A DNA stretch of 64,000 nucleotides from a virus (IMGVR_UViG_3300038345_000144), one strand, 5' to 3'; positions 39,388-49,381 are shown, numbered from the stretch's first letter. The notes: generated by a model not told the origin, from the letters alone. Made by a program: numbers and translations.

Positions 39388-39852
39388 TTACTTTACTGGC
39401 TCAAACCAGTCGAGCATTACTTCAGCCACCTGACCGTCATTTCCGATAACAAAGGCATCGGCTACATCACCAAATCCAACGACCTCGAAAATCTCGTATT
39501 CTTTTCCGATAGATACATTTTTAACCTGTTCGTAATCAGGACTCTTATCAAAGAAATGTCTGATGTACTCCGTGTCCTTAATCCTTCCCTTAATAGGAGG
39601 CATAAACCTTTTGTTACCTGTAAAAGTACGGTGCTGATAATCCTCCAGGTCAGCATTTGTCTCAATTTTAGGTACATAATGGCTGTTCTGAAGAAGATGC
39701 CATAACTTCATCCAACCGTCTGTGAAGCGAATTCGTCCTTCAGGTGTTAACTGCTCACCTTTAAGCATTAGTGAGTCAATGTTATCTCTAAACTGGTCTA
39801 AATCTACTAAAAACATTTTTATCCTTCCTTTCTGTAAGGTGCGTTCCACCAA
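39388..39852 (-). CDS. hypothetical protein
   Basis: Packed ORF. Confidence 0.6.
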   Translation of the reverse strand: MVERTLQKGRIKMFLVDLDQFRDNIDSLMLKGEQLTPEGRIRFTDGWMKLWHLLQNSHYVPKIETNADLEDYQHRTFTGNKRFMPPIKGRIKDTEYIRHFFDKSPDYEQVKNVSIGKEYEIFEVVGFGDVADAFVIGNDGQVAEVMLDWFEPVK

Positions 39853-40154
39853 TAAATATCAAATGTTTGTGTACTTAATGAAGGGTCTGTGGTTACATTA
39901 ACACTTTGAAGGCTCTCTATAATAAACCATTCACAGTTAGGAAAAAGTGCTCTAATCATATCTCCGTTGGTAGGATTTTCTGGGATTGTGAAAACTGTAT
40001 CTGCTTCTCTAATCTTTGCACTCTTTCCGACACACTCCTTATAATTTCTGTTATCTGTCGGATAAATGTAGATGTTCTCGTACTCGATTTTATTTGAGTC
40101 AATCAATCTCTGTTCCATAATCTTCTTCTCCAAATACGGGTGCATTGTCAACAA
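39819..40154 (-). CDS. modular protein, paralog of 40800-41114
   Basis: MEQRLID...PENPTNGDMI.ALFP...WWNAPY. Confidence 0.65.
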   Translation of the reverse strand: MLTMHPYLEKKIMEQRLIDSNKIEYENIYIYPTDNRNYKECVGKSAKIREADTVFTIPENPTNGDMIRALFPNCEWFIIESLQSVNVTTDPSLSTQTFDIYWWNAPYRKEG

Positions 40155-40410
40155 AATCTAAAACTTCACACGCACATTCTGTATAGCCTACATTGTATCT
40201 ATCTTCCTCTGTTCTATCAGCGTAATACTCGGCGTGTTTTCTAACTTCGTCTTTCATAGACTCACGGCTTATCGCATCATCAGTGATTACTGTGCCGTTG
40301 GCGATTGCATTATGTACCGCCTCTGCACTCCAATAATCAAAACAACCATTTTTAAGGTGTTCATATTCACCCTCATCAAGTTCAATCAATACCTTAACTT
40401 TTTTACTCAT
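40099..40410 (-). CDS. modular protein
   Basis: KVKVLIEL..AIANG..D.ISR..DNAP. Confidence 0.65.
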   Translation of the reverse strand: MSKKVKVLIELDEGEYEHLKNGCFDYWSAEAVHNAIANGTVITDDAISRESMKDEVRKHAEYYADRTEEDRYNVGYTECACEVLDFVDNAPVFGEEDYGTEID

Positions 40411-40744
40411 TGATAGCCCTCCTTACACACATTCTATCGCCGTTTTGAACAGGACATAATTTACCATAACAAGGGTTAGTACAGCCCTCACACAATTCGT
40501 CATCTGAAGGATAATCAAATCTGTTTTGAGCACCACACGAAGGGCAAAATTTTTCTCGTACAAAACCCCAACCACAATCAGGACAAAAACAACGCCCATT
40601 GTCAGTTACTATCCAACGCTCTGACTCATCTCTTAATGGTTTGTTTCTCATTACATCACATAGATTTTTCATCTTTATTCTCCTTATGTTTCTTTTCTTC
40701 AAATGGACAAGATATACTTTCAGGGCAAAAGCACTCAAACACAT
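40403..40744 (-). CDS. zinc-ribbon protein
   Basis: CPDCG...FCPSCGA. Confidence 0.55.
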   Translation of the reverse strand: MCLSAFALKVYLVHLKKRNIRRIKMKNLCDVMRNKPLRDESERWIVTDNGRCFCPDCGWGFVREKFCPSCGAQNRFDYPSDDELCEGCTNPCYGKLCPVQNGDRMCVRRAINE

Positions 40745-40799
40745 ACGAACTATTGCTACATCTATGAGGACAATGCCCCTCTTCGTGCCAACAAATCAT

Positions 40800-41114
40800 T
40801 TATTTGTCCTCCTTTTTTACATATGGAGCGTTCCACCACTTGGTATTAAACCGACACTCTGCACCAAAATATGTGCCGTCAGGAAATGAGAAAACCATCT
40901 TGTCGTGAGTTATTGATGGTTCGTGCTTTACTTTACCTTCAGGGAACAAAGCCTTTATCATATCTCCATTCGTAGGGTTTTCAGGAAGCGTCAAAACGGT
41001 ATCGGCTTCAATATAACAATCAACTCCATTATCGGGTGTGTAAGATATGAAAGTTATTGAGTCCTCAAGTGTAACCTCTTTGACTTTATTTATATCAACT
41101 AATCTCTGTTCCAT
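40800..41114 (-). CDS. modular protein, paralog of 39819-40154
   Basis: MEQRLVD...PENPTNGDMI.ALFP...WWNAPY. Confidence 0.65.
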   Translation of the reverse strand: MEQRLVDINKVKEVTLEDSITFISYTPDNGVDCYIEADTVLTLPENPTNGDMIKALFPEGKVKHEPSITHDKMVFSFPDGTYFGAECRFNTKWWNAPYVKKEDK

Positions 41115-41116
41115 CT

Positions 41117-41530
41117 TTATTCTCCTTCATAGGGTACAGGTGTAGGTCTCCAAGCAATAATGTCCTCATTATCAAATTGCTTTTTGAAAATATCACGACC
41201 CGTCCAATAATTTTCTGGTTTGCGATAACCTTCTTCAAAAACGACTCTCCCACCACCATATGCGTGACAGGTGACAAGATACCAGCCAGTCTTATCGGGT
41301 AATCTCTCTGACATAGGAACCCACTCGTCTGCTTCTCTTCTTTCCTTGAGTTCAGTCAACCAACTTACAAGGTCATTAAGTCTATTCAGTTCTGCTTCAC
41401 ATTCGCCATATGCCTTCGCATCTTCAGAATTAGGAAAAATAGAAAATCCCTTATGGATTTCTTCCATTTGGTTTTCTACCTTTTCAATCTGGTCCTGATA
41501 CTCCTGAATTGCATTTTCTAAATCAGTCAT
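41117..41530 (-). CDS. DUF551-like modular protein
   Basis: WLTELK module plus WVPMSERLP..IIAWRP.P.PY. Confidence 0.7.
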   Translation of the reverse strand: MTDLENAIQEYQDQIEKVENQMEEIHKGFSIFPNSEDAKAYGECEAELNRLNDLVSWLTELKERREADEWVPMSERLPDKTGWYLVTCHAYGGGRVVFEEGYRKPENYWTGRDIFKKQFDNEDIIAWRPTPVPYEGE

Positions 41531-41694
41531 ACAGTATCTCCTTTGTTTGTTGAATTATAAACACATTATACCAATTGGATTACAAACTTGTAAATAGTTT
41601 TTTTAATGAAATATCGAACACGACCTATACTTATTTGTTCGAAAAAGAAAAACCCCGAAAACCTTTATAGGAATTCGGGGTCTGGAGTTTTTGT

Positions 41695-42237
41695 TTACTT
41701 TGAAAGTCTGTCTGCGATGCAAGAAGATGCTGATGGGTATGGAGCAGAAGGGTCGTCTTCCTTTGGCTTTACAACCGCATCGAAGCCCTGTGCCTTTACC
41801 CAACCTACCAACTCGGCAATCAATTCGTGTGTCTTACCCTTTTCAGAGTAACCAGCGTCGATATGGATTTCCCAGTGAGTGTTCAAGAACAACTCTTCGT
41901 ACTTTTCATCTGATGTCAAGGCGTTAACCAAGTAATCAGCGATTTCAAGAGAGTCCTGTGTTTCTGTGTGCAACTTCTGTCTTACATCGTTAATCCTATC
42001 TCTTGAAGTAATCTTGTAGAAGAATATACCTCCGTGATGCTCACAAGTGATAGCAATAACATTTACTTCCTTTGTGAATGAGAAGTTCTGTGAGTCTGTA
42101 CCAATAGTAATATTGATATGCTCGTTAAACATCTTCATCCTGTTGTAGTATTCAAGTATCTTTTCTGGAATTTCGCTCAACTCAAGGTTTCCCTTTGATG
42201 GCGACTTCCACTTTGTATTAAATGGCTTCCTTCTCAT
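41695..42237 (-). CDS. RNase H-like YkuK (DUF458) family protein
   Basis: IGTDSQ; GG.FFY; ET..SLEIA; EIHIDAG; KP...AS..AD. Confidence 0.85.
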   Translation of the reverse strand: MRRKPFNTKWKSPSKGNLELSEIPEKILEYYNRMKMFNEHINITIGTDSQNFSFTKEVNVIAITCEHHGGIFFYKITSRDRINDVRQKLHTETQDSLEIADYLVNALTSDEKYEELFLNTHWEIHIDAGYSEKGKTHELIAELVGWVKAQGFDAVVKPKEDDPSAPYPSASSCIADRLSK

Positions 42238-42267
42238 ATATTAAAATTTCATCTCTTTTCTATTTAG

Positions 42268-42492
42268 TTATTTTCTGGTAACAGTAAGTTTGATAGTATG
42301 ACTAACTAACTCTAAATGAGTGATTTTATAATTATCCTTCTTAATGTAGGCGGGTATTCGGTTCGCCTGTCCCTCATAAATATCGGTCTTTACCGTATTA
42401 GGGGTCATCAGGCTCGGTCCTTCATAGTGAATGATAATCCACTGGGAGCCGTCCAAAATATGCTCTGCAAAATAATTAAGATTAAAGTCCAT
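42268..42492 (-). CDS. hypothetical protein
   Basis: AGGAGG RBS. Confidence 0.55.
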   Translation of the reverse strand: MDFNLNYFAEHILDGSQWIIIHYEGPSLMTPNTVKTDIYEGQANRIPAYIKKDNYKITHLELVSHTIKLTVTRK

Positions 42493-42629
42493 AAAATCAC
42501 CCTCCTAAAAACAAATATGTTTTTATTTTATTCTTTTTCATAACAGGTGTCAATGAAAGAACATAAGTTCATTTGAAAATTCAGATGAAAATAATTTCTT
42601 ATCAACTTCTGGCGGTTTATCTTTGTAAA

Positions 42630-43113
42630 CCCTTGTGGTTACTTGGATTAACCATAATTTTCATTTGAAAATTTTACTTATCATCTTTATCTAACAACTG
42701 TTCTTTCGCTTCTTTCAGAATAGCGTCCGTTCGTTGCAGATAAATCTGTTTTTCATTGTCATCCATTTTGTTTTTATCTCGAATATGGCTCATTAAGTAA
42801 TGAATACCGTCAATGATGCGTTCTCTGGCTTCACTATCAATGTCTTTTTCCTTATTTATCATATCTTCCAGTTGAGCCAAGTGACGGTACTGTTGATAAT
42901 ACATTAGTTCTCTTATAAAGCCCTTAATGCACCAAATCAGTGCCAAAGCCCAGCCAAATGCTAAAATAGGATGCTCTGCCATTTTCATTTACCCCCGATG
43001 TTATTTTCATTTCTGGTCCAAATGATTTTCATTTTTGGTCTGACGAAACCTTCAAAATTCTGCTTATCCCTTGTCTCCCAACGGATTTGGGATAATTTTC
43101 ATTTGAAAATTTT
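42630..43113. repeat. 46-bp direct repeat (42630-42675, 43068-43113) containing the palindrome AATTTTCA-TT-TGAAAATT
   Basis: CCCTTGT-17 nt-ATAATTTTCATTTGAAAATTTT in both copies. Confidence 0.75.
42674..42988 (-). CDS. hypothetical membrane-anchored protein
   Basis: N-terminal TM. Confidence 0.6.
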   Translation of the reverse strand: MKMAEHPILAFGWALALIWCIKGFIRELMYYQQYRHLAQLEDMINKEKDIDSEARERIIDGIHYLMSHIRDKNKMDDNEKQIYLQRTDAILKEAKEQLLDKDDK

Positions 43114-43188
43114 GGTGTCCTATGCAAGACTCGAACTCGCAATATCGGTTTAGGAAACCGAAGGTTTATCCTGTTAGCCTAATAGGAC
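43113..43188 (-). tRNA. tRNA-Arg(CCT)
   Basis: Cloverleaf, loop TT-CCT-AA, CCA. Confidence 0.9.
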
Positions 43189-43192
43189 TTGA

Positions 43193-43438
43193 TTGGGGAG
43201 GTGGGAGTCTCACCCACAAGTGAACTGGTTTTCGATGGTTAATTACTCCTCTACTCTCCTTGACGACTTGTTCGTTTGCCCTTATGTAGGGTACGCACCA
43301 TATAACCTTGCTTCACCCCGAAGTCTTCACTGGTTCGTCATTCCCAAAGACTTTTTGAAGAAACTTCGACCAAGAGTATTTCATCTCGTCTCTCTTTGCT
43401 CTTTTGGACGCTTTGAAGTAATCTCCCCGTAACCCCAA
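43193..43438 (-). ncRNA. unassigned ~245-nt RNA ending in a T-arm-like hairpin and CCA
   Basis: 3' GTGGG-TGAGACT-CCCAC-CTCCCCA, complementary GGGGAG near the 5' end. Confidence 0.4.
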
Positions 43439-43461
43439 GTTACAAAGTGGCATTGTTTCTG

Positions 43462-43537
43462 TGGCACTCCCAGCAGGACTCGAACCCGCAACAAAGGGGT
43501 AGAAACCCTCCGTTTTATCCAGTTAGACTATGGGAGC
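43462..43537 (-). tRNA. tRNA-Arg(TCT)
   Basis: Cloverleaf, TT-TCT-AC. Confidence 0.9.
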
Positions 43538-43543
43538 GTATAA

Positions 43544-43700
43544 CTCGCTTGATAGGGTCTCGAACCCTATATGAACCGATGTTCCGTGAACAGTCTTAAA
43601 GGGCTTGTCTATGAGTTACTTAAGTCCTCATAAATTCGCAATAGTTGTACTTCCTAACCAATAAGACCATCCACTGCAATTCCATTCTGCCACAAGCGAG
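43544..43700 (-). ncRNA. giant tRNA-like RNA with an expanded anticodon arm
   Basis: 8-bp acceptor stem, D, variable and T arms; 13-bp stem enclosing ~55 nt in place of the anticodon loop. Confidence 0.65.
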
Positions 43701-43702
43701 GT

Positions 43703-43777
43703 TGGCTGGGGTACAGGGATTTGAACCCCGAATTCTTGAGTCAGAGTCAAGTGTGTTGCCAGTTACACCATACCCCA
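43703..43777 (-). tRNA. tRNA-Gln(CTG)
   Basis: Cloverleaf. Confidence 0.92.
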
Positions 43778-43836
43778 ATATTTATAAAAAAGAGGGATGC
43801 TTGTGACACCCCTCTTTCAAATGAAAATCATTCGGA

Positions 43837-45324
43837 TTATGCGACGATGTTCTTGTACCTTTCGGAGGCAAGAATTTCGTTCATAACATCCATAGGTGTC
43901 TTACCAATGTTGTCCATTACCTGCTTCATAATGTTAGGTGAGTAACCAGAAACAAGTGAAACTGCATCATCGGACATTGATGCGTGGAATGTTGCGTTCT
44001 TGGCGTTTACATTCCAGTAAATAACGTGAGGAAGTCTGTAACCTGCTCTCTCGTATCTCTGCTTCATTACATCTGTGAAAGACATAATGCCGTTTCTTAC
44101 GCTGTAAGAACAACCAGAGTTAATCTGCATATCGGAGATAACACAGATTGCTTCAGGCATATCTTCCTGTGCAATATTGTACTTAATACCCATATCGAGT
44201 ATCTTGTCAAATACTGCCTCAAGGTTAGTAGACATTCCTACATTTCCAGAGTGCAAAATCTGGGAGTACATCTGACCAAGAGTATCACCCTTAATCTCAA
44301 TGAGAGAAGGGTTGTCGGAGAAAGTGAAGAACTTGTCCTTGAACTGTCCGACATTCTGCTGTGCAAAGTAGATACCAAGAGCAGTAGCAACTGTCATAGG
44401 GTAAACACCACCTGCACAACTACTATCCCAAGTCATAGAACCTGAAGTATCAATTACGCAGAGTGCCTTTGAAGCAACCTTTGGTAACTGTGACCACATA
44501 GTATTAACTTCAACAGAGTTATCACCCTTAACTACCTTCTGCATAATATCACAAGGGTTAGCAGTACCCATCTGCATCTTCTTCTCACCAGACTGAACCT
44601 GTGAGATAAACTCGTTGTATCTGTCCTCGTCGTGCTTCAAGAAAGCCTTACGGTTCTGAATGTTGCACTTTGAAGGTACAGTCTCGTAGTTAATCTCGTT
44701 CCATCTACCAGTAGACATCTTTGCCTCTGGAATGTCGATTGCCTTTCTCAAAGCAACCAAAGTCTTTCTGTACTGGGACATAGACTTGAAATCATATCCC
44801 AACTTCTTTGCAGTCAATCTACCCAACTGGGCAGTCTTCTGTGAAGATGCGTTAGGAGTTGCAAGCCACTTTGCCAAGAGTGATACAGGCTTACCCTTCT
44901 CAAGGTTTGCCTTATCCTGCTCGAACTGTTCCTTAACGAACGCCCACATAGCATTTTCAGCAGGAGTGTCCATCAAAGAATACAAGTCGTCTGCTCTACC
45001 GTACTCAAAAACATAAGGAATGTTCTTGATAACGGACTCCTTGTGAGTCTTTGCCAAATGTGCGAAAATCTGGTTAAAAGCGTCACGCTCACCGTAACCA
45101 CCACGAATATCTCTTGCGAAGAAGAGCAACTTCATAGCGGCAGTAGCGTCCTCACGATAAGCCTCATCAAACAAATCCAACTTATCAGAGACAGGTGCAG
45201 TTCTCATAGCACCAATTCTACCGAAAAAGTCCAAGCACTTGTTAGAAGTGGAAGTGTAGCAATCTGCACCGTTCCAAGTCTTACCGTGGTTCATTTCATT
45301 AGTCATAGCGTCAGCAAAATTCAT
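43837..45324 (-). CDS. DUF2828-family TROVE/Ro-like helical domain plus vWA protein
   Basis: CLDFF; RDIRGG.GER; YGR.DDL; AKW; VPS; vWA MIDAS DTSGSM, ISDMQ, YWN. Confidence 0.85.
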   Translation of the reverse strand: MNFADAMTNEMNHGKTWNGADCYTSTSNKCLDFFGRIGAMRTAPVSDKLDLFDEAYREDATAAMKLLFFARDIRGGYGERDAFNQIFAHLAKTHKESVIKNIPYVFEYGRADDLYSLMDTPAENAMWAFVKEQFEQDKANLEKGKPVSLLAKWLATPNASSQKTAQLGRLTAKKLGYDFKSMSQYRKTLVALRKAIDIPEAKMSTGRWNEINYETVPSKCNIQNRKAFLKHDEDRYNEFISQVQSGEKKMQMGTANPCDIMQKVVKGDNSVEVNTMWSQLPKVASKALCVIDTSGSMTWDSSCAGGVYPMTVATALGIYFAQQNVGQFKDKFFTFSDNPSLIEIKGDTLGQMYSQILHSGNVGMSTNLEAVFDKILDMGIKYNIAQEDMPEAICVISDMQINSGCSYSVRNGIMSFTDVMKQRYERAGYRLPHVIYWNVNAKNATFHASMSDDAVSLVSGYSPNIMKQVMDNIGKTPMDVMNEILASERYKNIVA

Positions 45325-45418
45325 AAAAAAATCCTCCTATAAATGTATTTTTCTAACTTACTACCCAAACAAATTCAGGTGTGTTAGAACCATACTTCAT
45401 TAGAAGGAAAGGACTAAA

Positions 45419-45477
45419 CAAGACTCGCTTTTTCACTCTACCCATTAGAATTTTGTAAAAATTGCTGTATGAGTCTT
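45419..45477 (-). ncRNA. ACAGCAA-stem (Y-like) RNA 1
   Basis: AAGACTC-ATACAGCAA...GAGTCTTG; D-loop-like TCT-AATGGGT-AGA inside. Confidence 0.65.
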
Positions 45478-45501
45478 TACCTTTATTCAATTGTGTAGCA
45501 A

Positions 45502-45570
45502 CGAGACACTGTTGTTTTTTTGATGGCAAGAATATCAGTCTTTATAAATATAATTGCTGTGTGTGTCTCA
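45502..45570 (-). ncRNA. ACAGCAA-stem (Y-like) RNA 2 with a GAT anticodon-like loop
   Basis: GAGACAC-ACACAGCAA...AAGA-CTGATAT-TCTT...GTGTCTCG. Confidence 0.7.
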
Positions 45571-45581
45571 ACTATGTATTG

Positions 45582-45610
45582 ATTATATAACTAATCATTT
45601 CGTTTGTAAA
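45582..45610 (-). promoter_or_regulatory. promoter for RNA2-RNA1-DUF2828 unit
   Basis: TTTACA-17-TATAAT. Confidence 0.7.
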
Positions 45611-45657
45611 GTCCTAAATTGAAATTTTTTCAACTTTTTTTCAGAACTTGTCTAAAC

Positions 45658-45731
45658 TGGCAGGGGCAGTAGGAATTGAACCCACATCAAAGGTTTTGGA
45701 GACCCCCGTTCTACCATTAAACTATGCCCCT
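45658..45731 (-). tRNA. tRNA-Trp(CCA)
   Basis: Cloverleaf. Confidence 0.93.
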
Positions 45732-46012
45732 GTGTTTGCCCTATTAGTATAGGGCATTTATTTATATAAAGCAACTACTTTATATCATAGGTGTCATCAT
45801 TGACGGTATGCAAGCCGCACAATCGTCAATAAATTGCTGTTGTCTACGGTAATAATAATCACTATCACCCGTATAAGAACTGCTACTCGTATGTTCCGTA
45901 TAACGATACCTTACAGGCTTTTCGGGCATTTTCCGACCCCTGTTGGCATAATAAGCGTAGCGTTTCTTTGCTTTCTTTCTTGCCGAGCGTTTACCCATAA
46001 ATAAACTCCTTA

Positions 46013-47254
46013 TTACCAATCACTGCCCCAGTCGTAACCACTGTCGTAATCATAACCACTGTCATAACCACCACTGTAATCGCCAGAGTCCCAACCGCCT
46101 CCCCAGTCATAATCACCATAATCGTAGGAGTCATAACCAGAGTCATATCCACCACTATCGTAACCGCCCCAATCGTATGAATAACTATCGTCGTCATCAT
46201 AAGAATTGTTGTTACCACCGTCATAGTAGATAAAGGCGTTATTTCCACCACTACTTCCACCGCCTCCGCTACGGGATGTCCATTCTGTTGAGAAGTCCTC
46301 TGTCGGGAACGGAACATCTGCACCGTCAACGCCTACATAATGAGTCATTGAAATTCCGTCAGGCTTCTGTGTGTAGTCCCACAAATTTGCATTTGTGCTG
46401 TAATAATACCAGAAAGAATTATGGTGATAATATAGGATATTATTATAATTAAAATATCCGTTATCCAGATGCTCGGTAGTTGTGATTTCAGGGAACCAAG
46501 TACCACCGTTTCTCTCAAGGATTTCTGCCTGTTCCTTATTACAACAATGTACGCCTACTGCTACAAAAGCGATAAGTCCAATTACAACAATTATAGGTAA
46601 AAAGACTGTCAAACAACCCTCAAAGAGACCGTCCCAGTCAATACTATTATGCTGTTCTTTCTTAACTCGCTTCTTTGTTTCCTTGTCCATAGGGACTTCT
46701 TCAAAAGTAGAAGTAGGGTGCTTATCGACCAACTTCTTAATCTCATCAGCAGATAAATCACCAGAACCTTTGATTTTGTCTGAAGGCTTATCATACTTTT
46801 GTTCAGGAGGCATTTCCAGACTGGAATACAGGCTATCTACCTTTGCCTTCTTAACATACTGATGATTGGAACTTTTTGGGTTAAGAGTTGCTTCCTTTGC
46901 AGTAAGAACCATATTCTTAATCTTCAGGAATAGTTCATTAACACCGTATTCCTCATCATAACCCTCATATCTGATGGCTCGCTCACCTGTGTCTTTATTC
47001 TTATAAACAATAACACGGGGACCTTCCTTATAAATACCAAAGGCTTTTGCACCCTTATAGTCCTCGCCAAGATGAATGTGCATATTAGCCAGGTCTAAAC
47101 CATTGTCATCGCACCACTTCTGTAACTCCTCGATAGTCTTCGGAGTACCTTCAGCACTTCTGACATAGTTAGTATTTACAGCACCACAAGAGGGACACTT
47201 TTCGTCCGTAGAGTCCATAAAGGCTCCACAGAACCCACAAGTAACTTTCTGCAT
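46013..47254 (-). CDS. zinc-ribbon membrane protein with a G/D/S/Y/W low-complexity tail
   Basis: CGFCG..CPSCG; TM; GGYDSGYD repeats. Confidence 0.75.
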   Translation of the reverse strand: MQKVTCGFCGAFMDSTDEKCPSCGAVNTNYVRSAEGTPKTIEELQKWCDDNGLDLANMHIHLGEDYKGAKAFGIYKEGPRVIVYKNKDTGERAIRYEGYDEEYGVNELFLKIKNMVLTAKEATLNPKSSNHQYVKKAKVDSLYSSLEMPPEQKYDKPSDKIKGSGDLSADEIKKLVDKHPTSTFEEVPMDKETKKRVKKEQHNSIDWDGLFEGCLTVFLPIIVVIGLIAFVAVGVHCCNKEQAEILERNGGTWFPEITTTEHLDNGYFNYNNILYYHHNSFWYYYSTNANLWDYTQKPDGISMTHYVGVDGADVPFPTEDFSTEWTSRSGGGGSSGGNNAFIYYDGGNNNSYDDDDSYSYDWGGYDSGGYDSGYDSYDYGDYDWGGGWDSGDYSGGYDSGYDYDSGYDWGSDW

Positions 47255-47342
47255 ACTTAATTTCCTTTCAATATAAGAACATCAACCGCTACTGGGTTGG
47301 CATAAACATTATATCAAAAGGTGCGGTTTATTGTAAAGCGGG

Positions 47343-47633
47343 TTAATAGAGTTCCCACCAGAAATCAAAGACTTTTCGGTAAAAACTTCTCTTACTTATA
47401 GTCCCATCTTCCTCATAAATCCTCCGACCATATCTACGGTTTCTTTTAGCCGATTGGTTTTTGAGATATGGGGAAGCCTTACCACGATAGAAACGACGAT
47501 AATAGCACTTACCGTCCTTTTCTACTTTAGTGGCTCCTGATGGAAAATATCCTAATTTTTCGGATAAAAATTTAAGTCTGCGTTTAGACCTTCTTAATGC
47601 TCTTCGCCTATATGGGATATTCTTGTGTAACAT
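47343..47633 (-). CDS. basic hypothetical protein
   Basis: AAGGAGG RBS; Arg/Lys-rich. Confidence 0.6.
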   Translation of the reverse strand: MLHKNIPYRRRALRRSKRRLKFLSEKLGYFPSGATKVEKDGKCYYRRFYRGKASPYLKNQSAKRNRRYGRRIYEEDGTISKRSFYRKVFDFWWELY

Positions 47634-47661
47634 AGAAATATCCTCCTTTAGTATTAAAAAA

Positions 47662-47737
47662 TGGTGAGAACAGCAGGACTCGAACCCGCAACACGAAGTT
47701 CGTAGCCTCGTAGTTTATCCAGTTAGCCTATGCTCCC
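47662..47737 (-). tRNA. tRNA-Arg(ACG)
   Basis: Cloverleaf. Confidence 0.9.
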
Positions 47738-47738
47738 A

Positions 47739-48071
47739 TTAGAATTCGTCTTTTTTAATACTCATACCGTCGATTTCACTAATAACGACTTGTGTGGAAT
47801 AGCACTTCTCACCCATATCATTATCATATGTTGAGGTCTGAAGCCTTCCGTGAACAACAACTAAATCTCCCTTATGGAACTTTCGCTGAATATATGTAGC
47901 AACATATTGCCAAGCAATACATCTGATAAAATCAGCAGTTGCCTGTCCGTTACTGTCCTTAAAAGGACGAGAACAAGCCAATGTTATGTTAGCATACTCG
48001 GTCTGATTGCTGGTATGACCATATTCAGGGTCTTTTGTTAATCTTCCCTCGATAGTAACGCTGTTAATCAT
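47739..48071 (-). CDS. ssb: single-stranded DNA-binding protein (short tail)
   Basis: MIN.V...GRLTKDPE; ADFI.C.AW; KG..V.V.GRLQT. Confidence 0.92.
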   Translation of the reverse strand: MINSVTIEGRLTKDPEYGHTSNQTEYANITLACSRPFKDSNGQATADFIRCIAWQYVATYIQRKFHKGDLVVVHGRLQTSTYDNDMGEKCYSTQVVISEIDGMSIKKDEF

Positions 48072-48098
48072 TGTTATAAGTTCCTTTCAACTAATCTA

Positions 48099-48338
48099 TT
48101 ATTTCTGCCACCAGTGTTTCTTCTTTGGCGGTTCAGGGTCAGGTTCAGCGAACTGTGCCTGATATTCCTCAAAATTATCAATAATTTCCTGTAACTCTTC
48201 GCTGGTCAATCCACACGCCTGACGAAGATTAACCCAATTCATTTCACCTGCTTCCAGTTTTGCCTTAATGGTCTCAAACTGGAACCTCGTTATCTTTCTG
48301 CCCATACAAATCTCCCCTTTCAGTTCAGTACCGTACAA
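48099..48338 (-). CDS. hypothetical protein
   Basis: Packed ORF. Confidence 0.5.
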   Translation of the reverse strand: MYGTELKGEICMGRKITRFQFETIKAKLEAGEMNWVNLRQACGLTSEELQEIIDNFEEYQAQFAEPDPEPPKKKHWWQK

Positions 48339-48517
48339 GACTTAAGATGTGATACCTTGAAATCCAGATTGCCTACGGTAAAATAATTTGGCTTGCGATA
48401 ACCATATTTTTCACTAAATTCGGGAGTATATCCTAATACACCTTCATATTCATCATTATCAAATAGCCTTATTTTAACTCTCTTGCCAATAAGGGCTTCT
48501 AACTCTGACTTTTTCAT
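48320..48517 (-). CDS. small Sm/SH3-like protein
   Basis: L..LIGKRVKI.L.D...Y.G.L. Confidence 0.5.
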   Translation of the reverse strand: MKKSELEALIGKRVKIRLFDNDEYEGVLGYTPEFSEKYGYRKPNYFTVGNLDFKVSHLKSCTVLN

Positions 48518-48532
48518 TAAATCTCCTTAAAG

Positions 48533-48784
48533 TTACCAGTTCGGTACAAATTCGTCTCGTTCCATTTTAGGAAAAGGTGGAACACTATGAGTGCTCCTTG
48601 TAAACTGCTCAAACTGAACAATATTACCATCTTGAATATACACCAAATACCAGTCTTTAGGAATAGCGTGAGACTCTTTGATACAATCTCTTAATATTTG
48701 TAAATATCCGTTATAAGCGTCTTCATATTTGTCAAATTCAAAGAAATCCTTTGTTTCGACATTAAATAAGCCATATTTCATCAT
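48533..48784 (-). CDS. hypothetical protein
   Basis: GGAGG RBS. Confidence 0.55.
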   Translation of the reverse strand: MMKYGLFNVETKDFFEFDKYEDAYNGYLQILRDCIKESHAIPKDWYLVYIQDGNIVQFEQFTRSTHSVPPFPKMERDEFVPNW

Positions 48785-48847
48785 TTCCTGCCTCCATATA
48801 TTAAAAAACGCCGACTTTCACGGCTATTTTAAGAAAAATAGTATATT

Positions 48848-48934
48848 TGGTGTCGATGAAGGGACTTGAACCCTTACGCTTTTTAAGGCAACAGATTTTG
48901 AGTCTGCCGTGTCTGCCAATTCCACCACACCGAC
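48848..48934 (-). tRNA. tRNA-Leu(CAA)
   Basis: Cloverleaf, long variable arm. Confidence 0.92.
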
Positions 48935-49294
48935 ATTTATTAAGGGCTTTTCACCCTTCCGAAATGACTTTACAGGCTCATTTTGACCTGATGCTCGGTA
49001 TTACCACGAAGCGTCCCCCTCCCGCAAAGATTTCCCTCTTTGGGAGGATGTATATTACACCACTAATAATACCAATATTTTTTGACTTTGTAAAGATGTA
49101 AATAGGGGAAAAAGAACAATGTAGACGGGGGTTGAACCCGTAGTTCCACAAAACGAAAGGGTGGCGGTCTTGCCATTAGCCTACTACCTGTTCTCTTCTA
49201 TGGTAATAAAGAGGGTCCATCTTCCTTATTACATAGGACTTCGGCTTACTCCTTTGGACATAGGTTAACCACCGAAGAATTTAACTTATTAAAA

Positions 49295-49378
49295 TGGCAG
49301 TTTTTAAGGCGTAATGATAGTTGTGAATATCTCGATTTCGTACTCAAAATATTCGACACAGAACTGCCAAACTATGTC
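49295..49378 (-). ncRNA. UUU/AAA pseudoknot RNA with insertion
   Basis: GACATAG-TTT-GGCAGTT-CTGTGTC...AAA-AACTGCC-A. Confidence 0.55.
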
Positions 49379-49381
49379 TAA

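Noticed and set aside
45991-46329. 112-aa Val/Thr/Met-rich ORF
   Set aside because: Alternative frame of the low-complexity tail of 46013-47254
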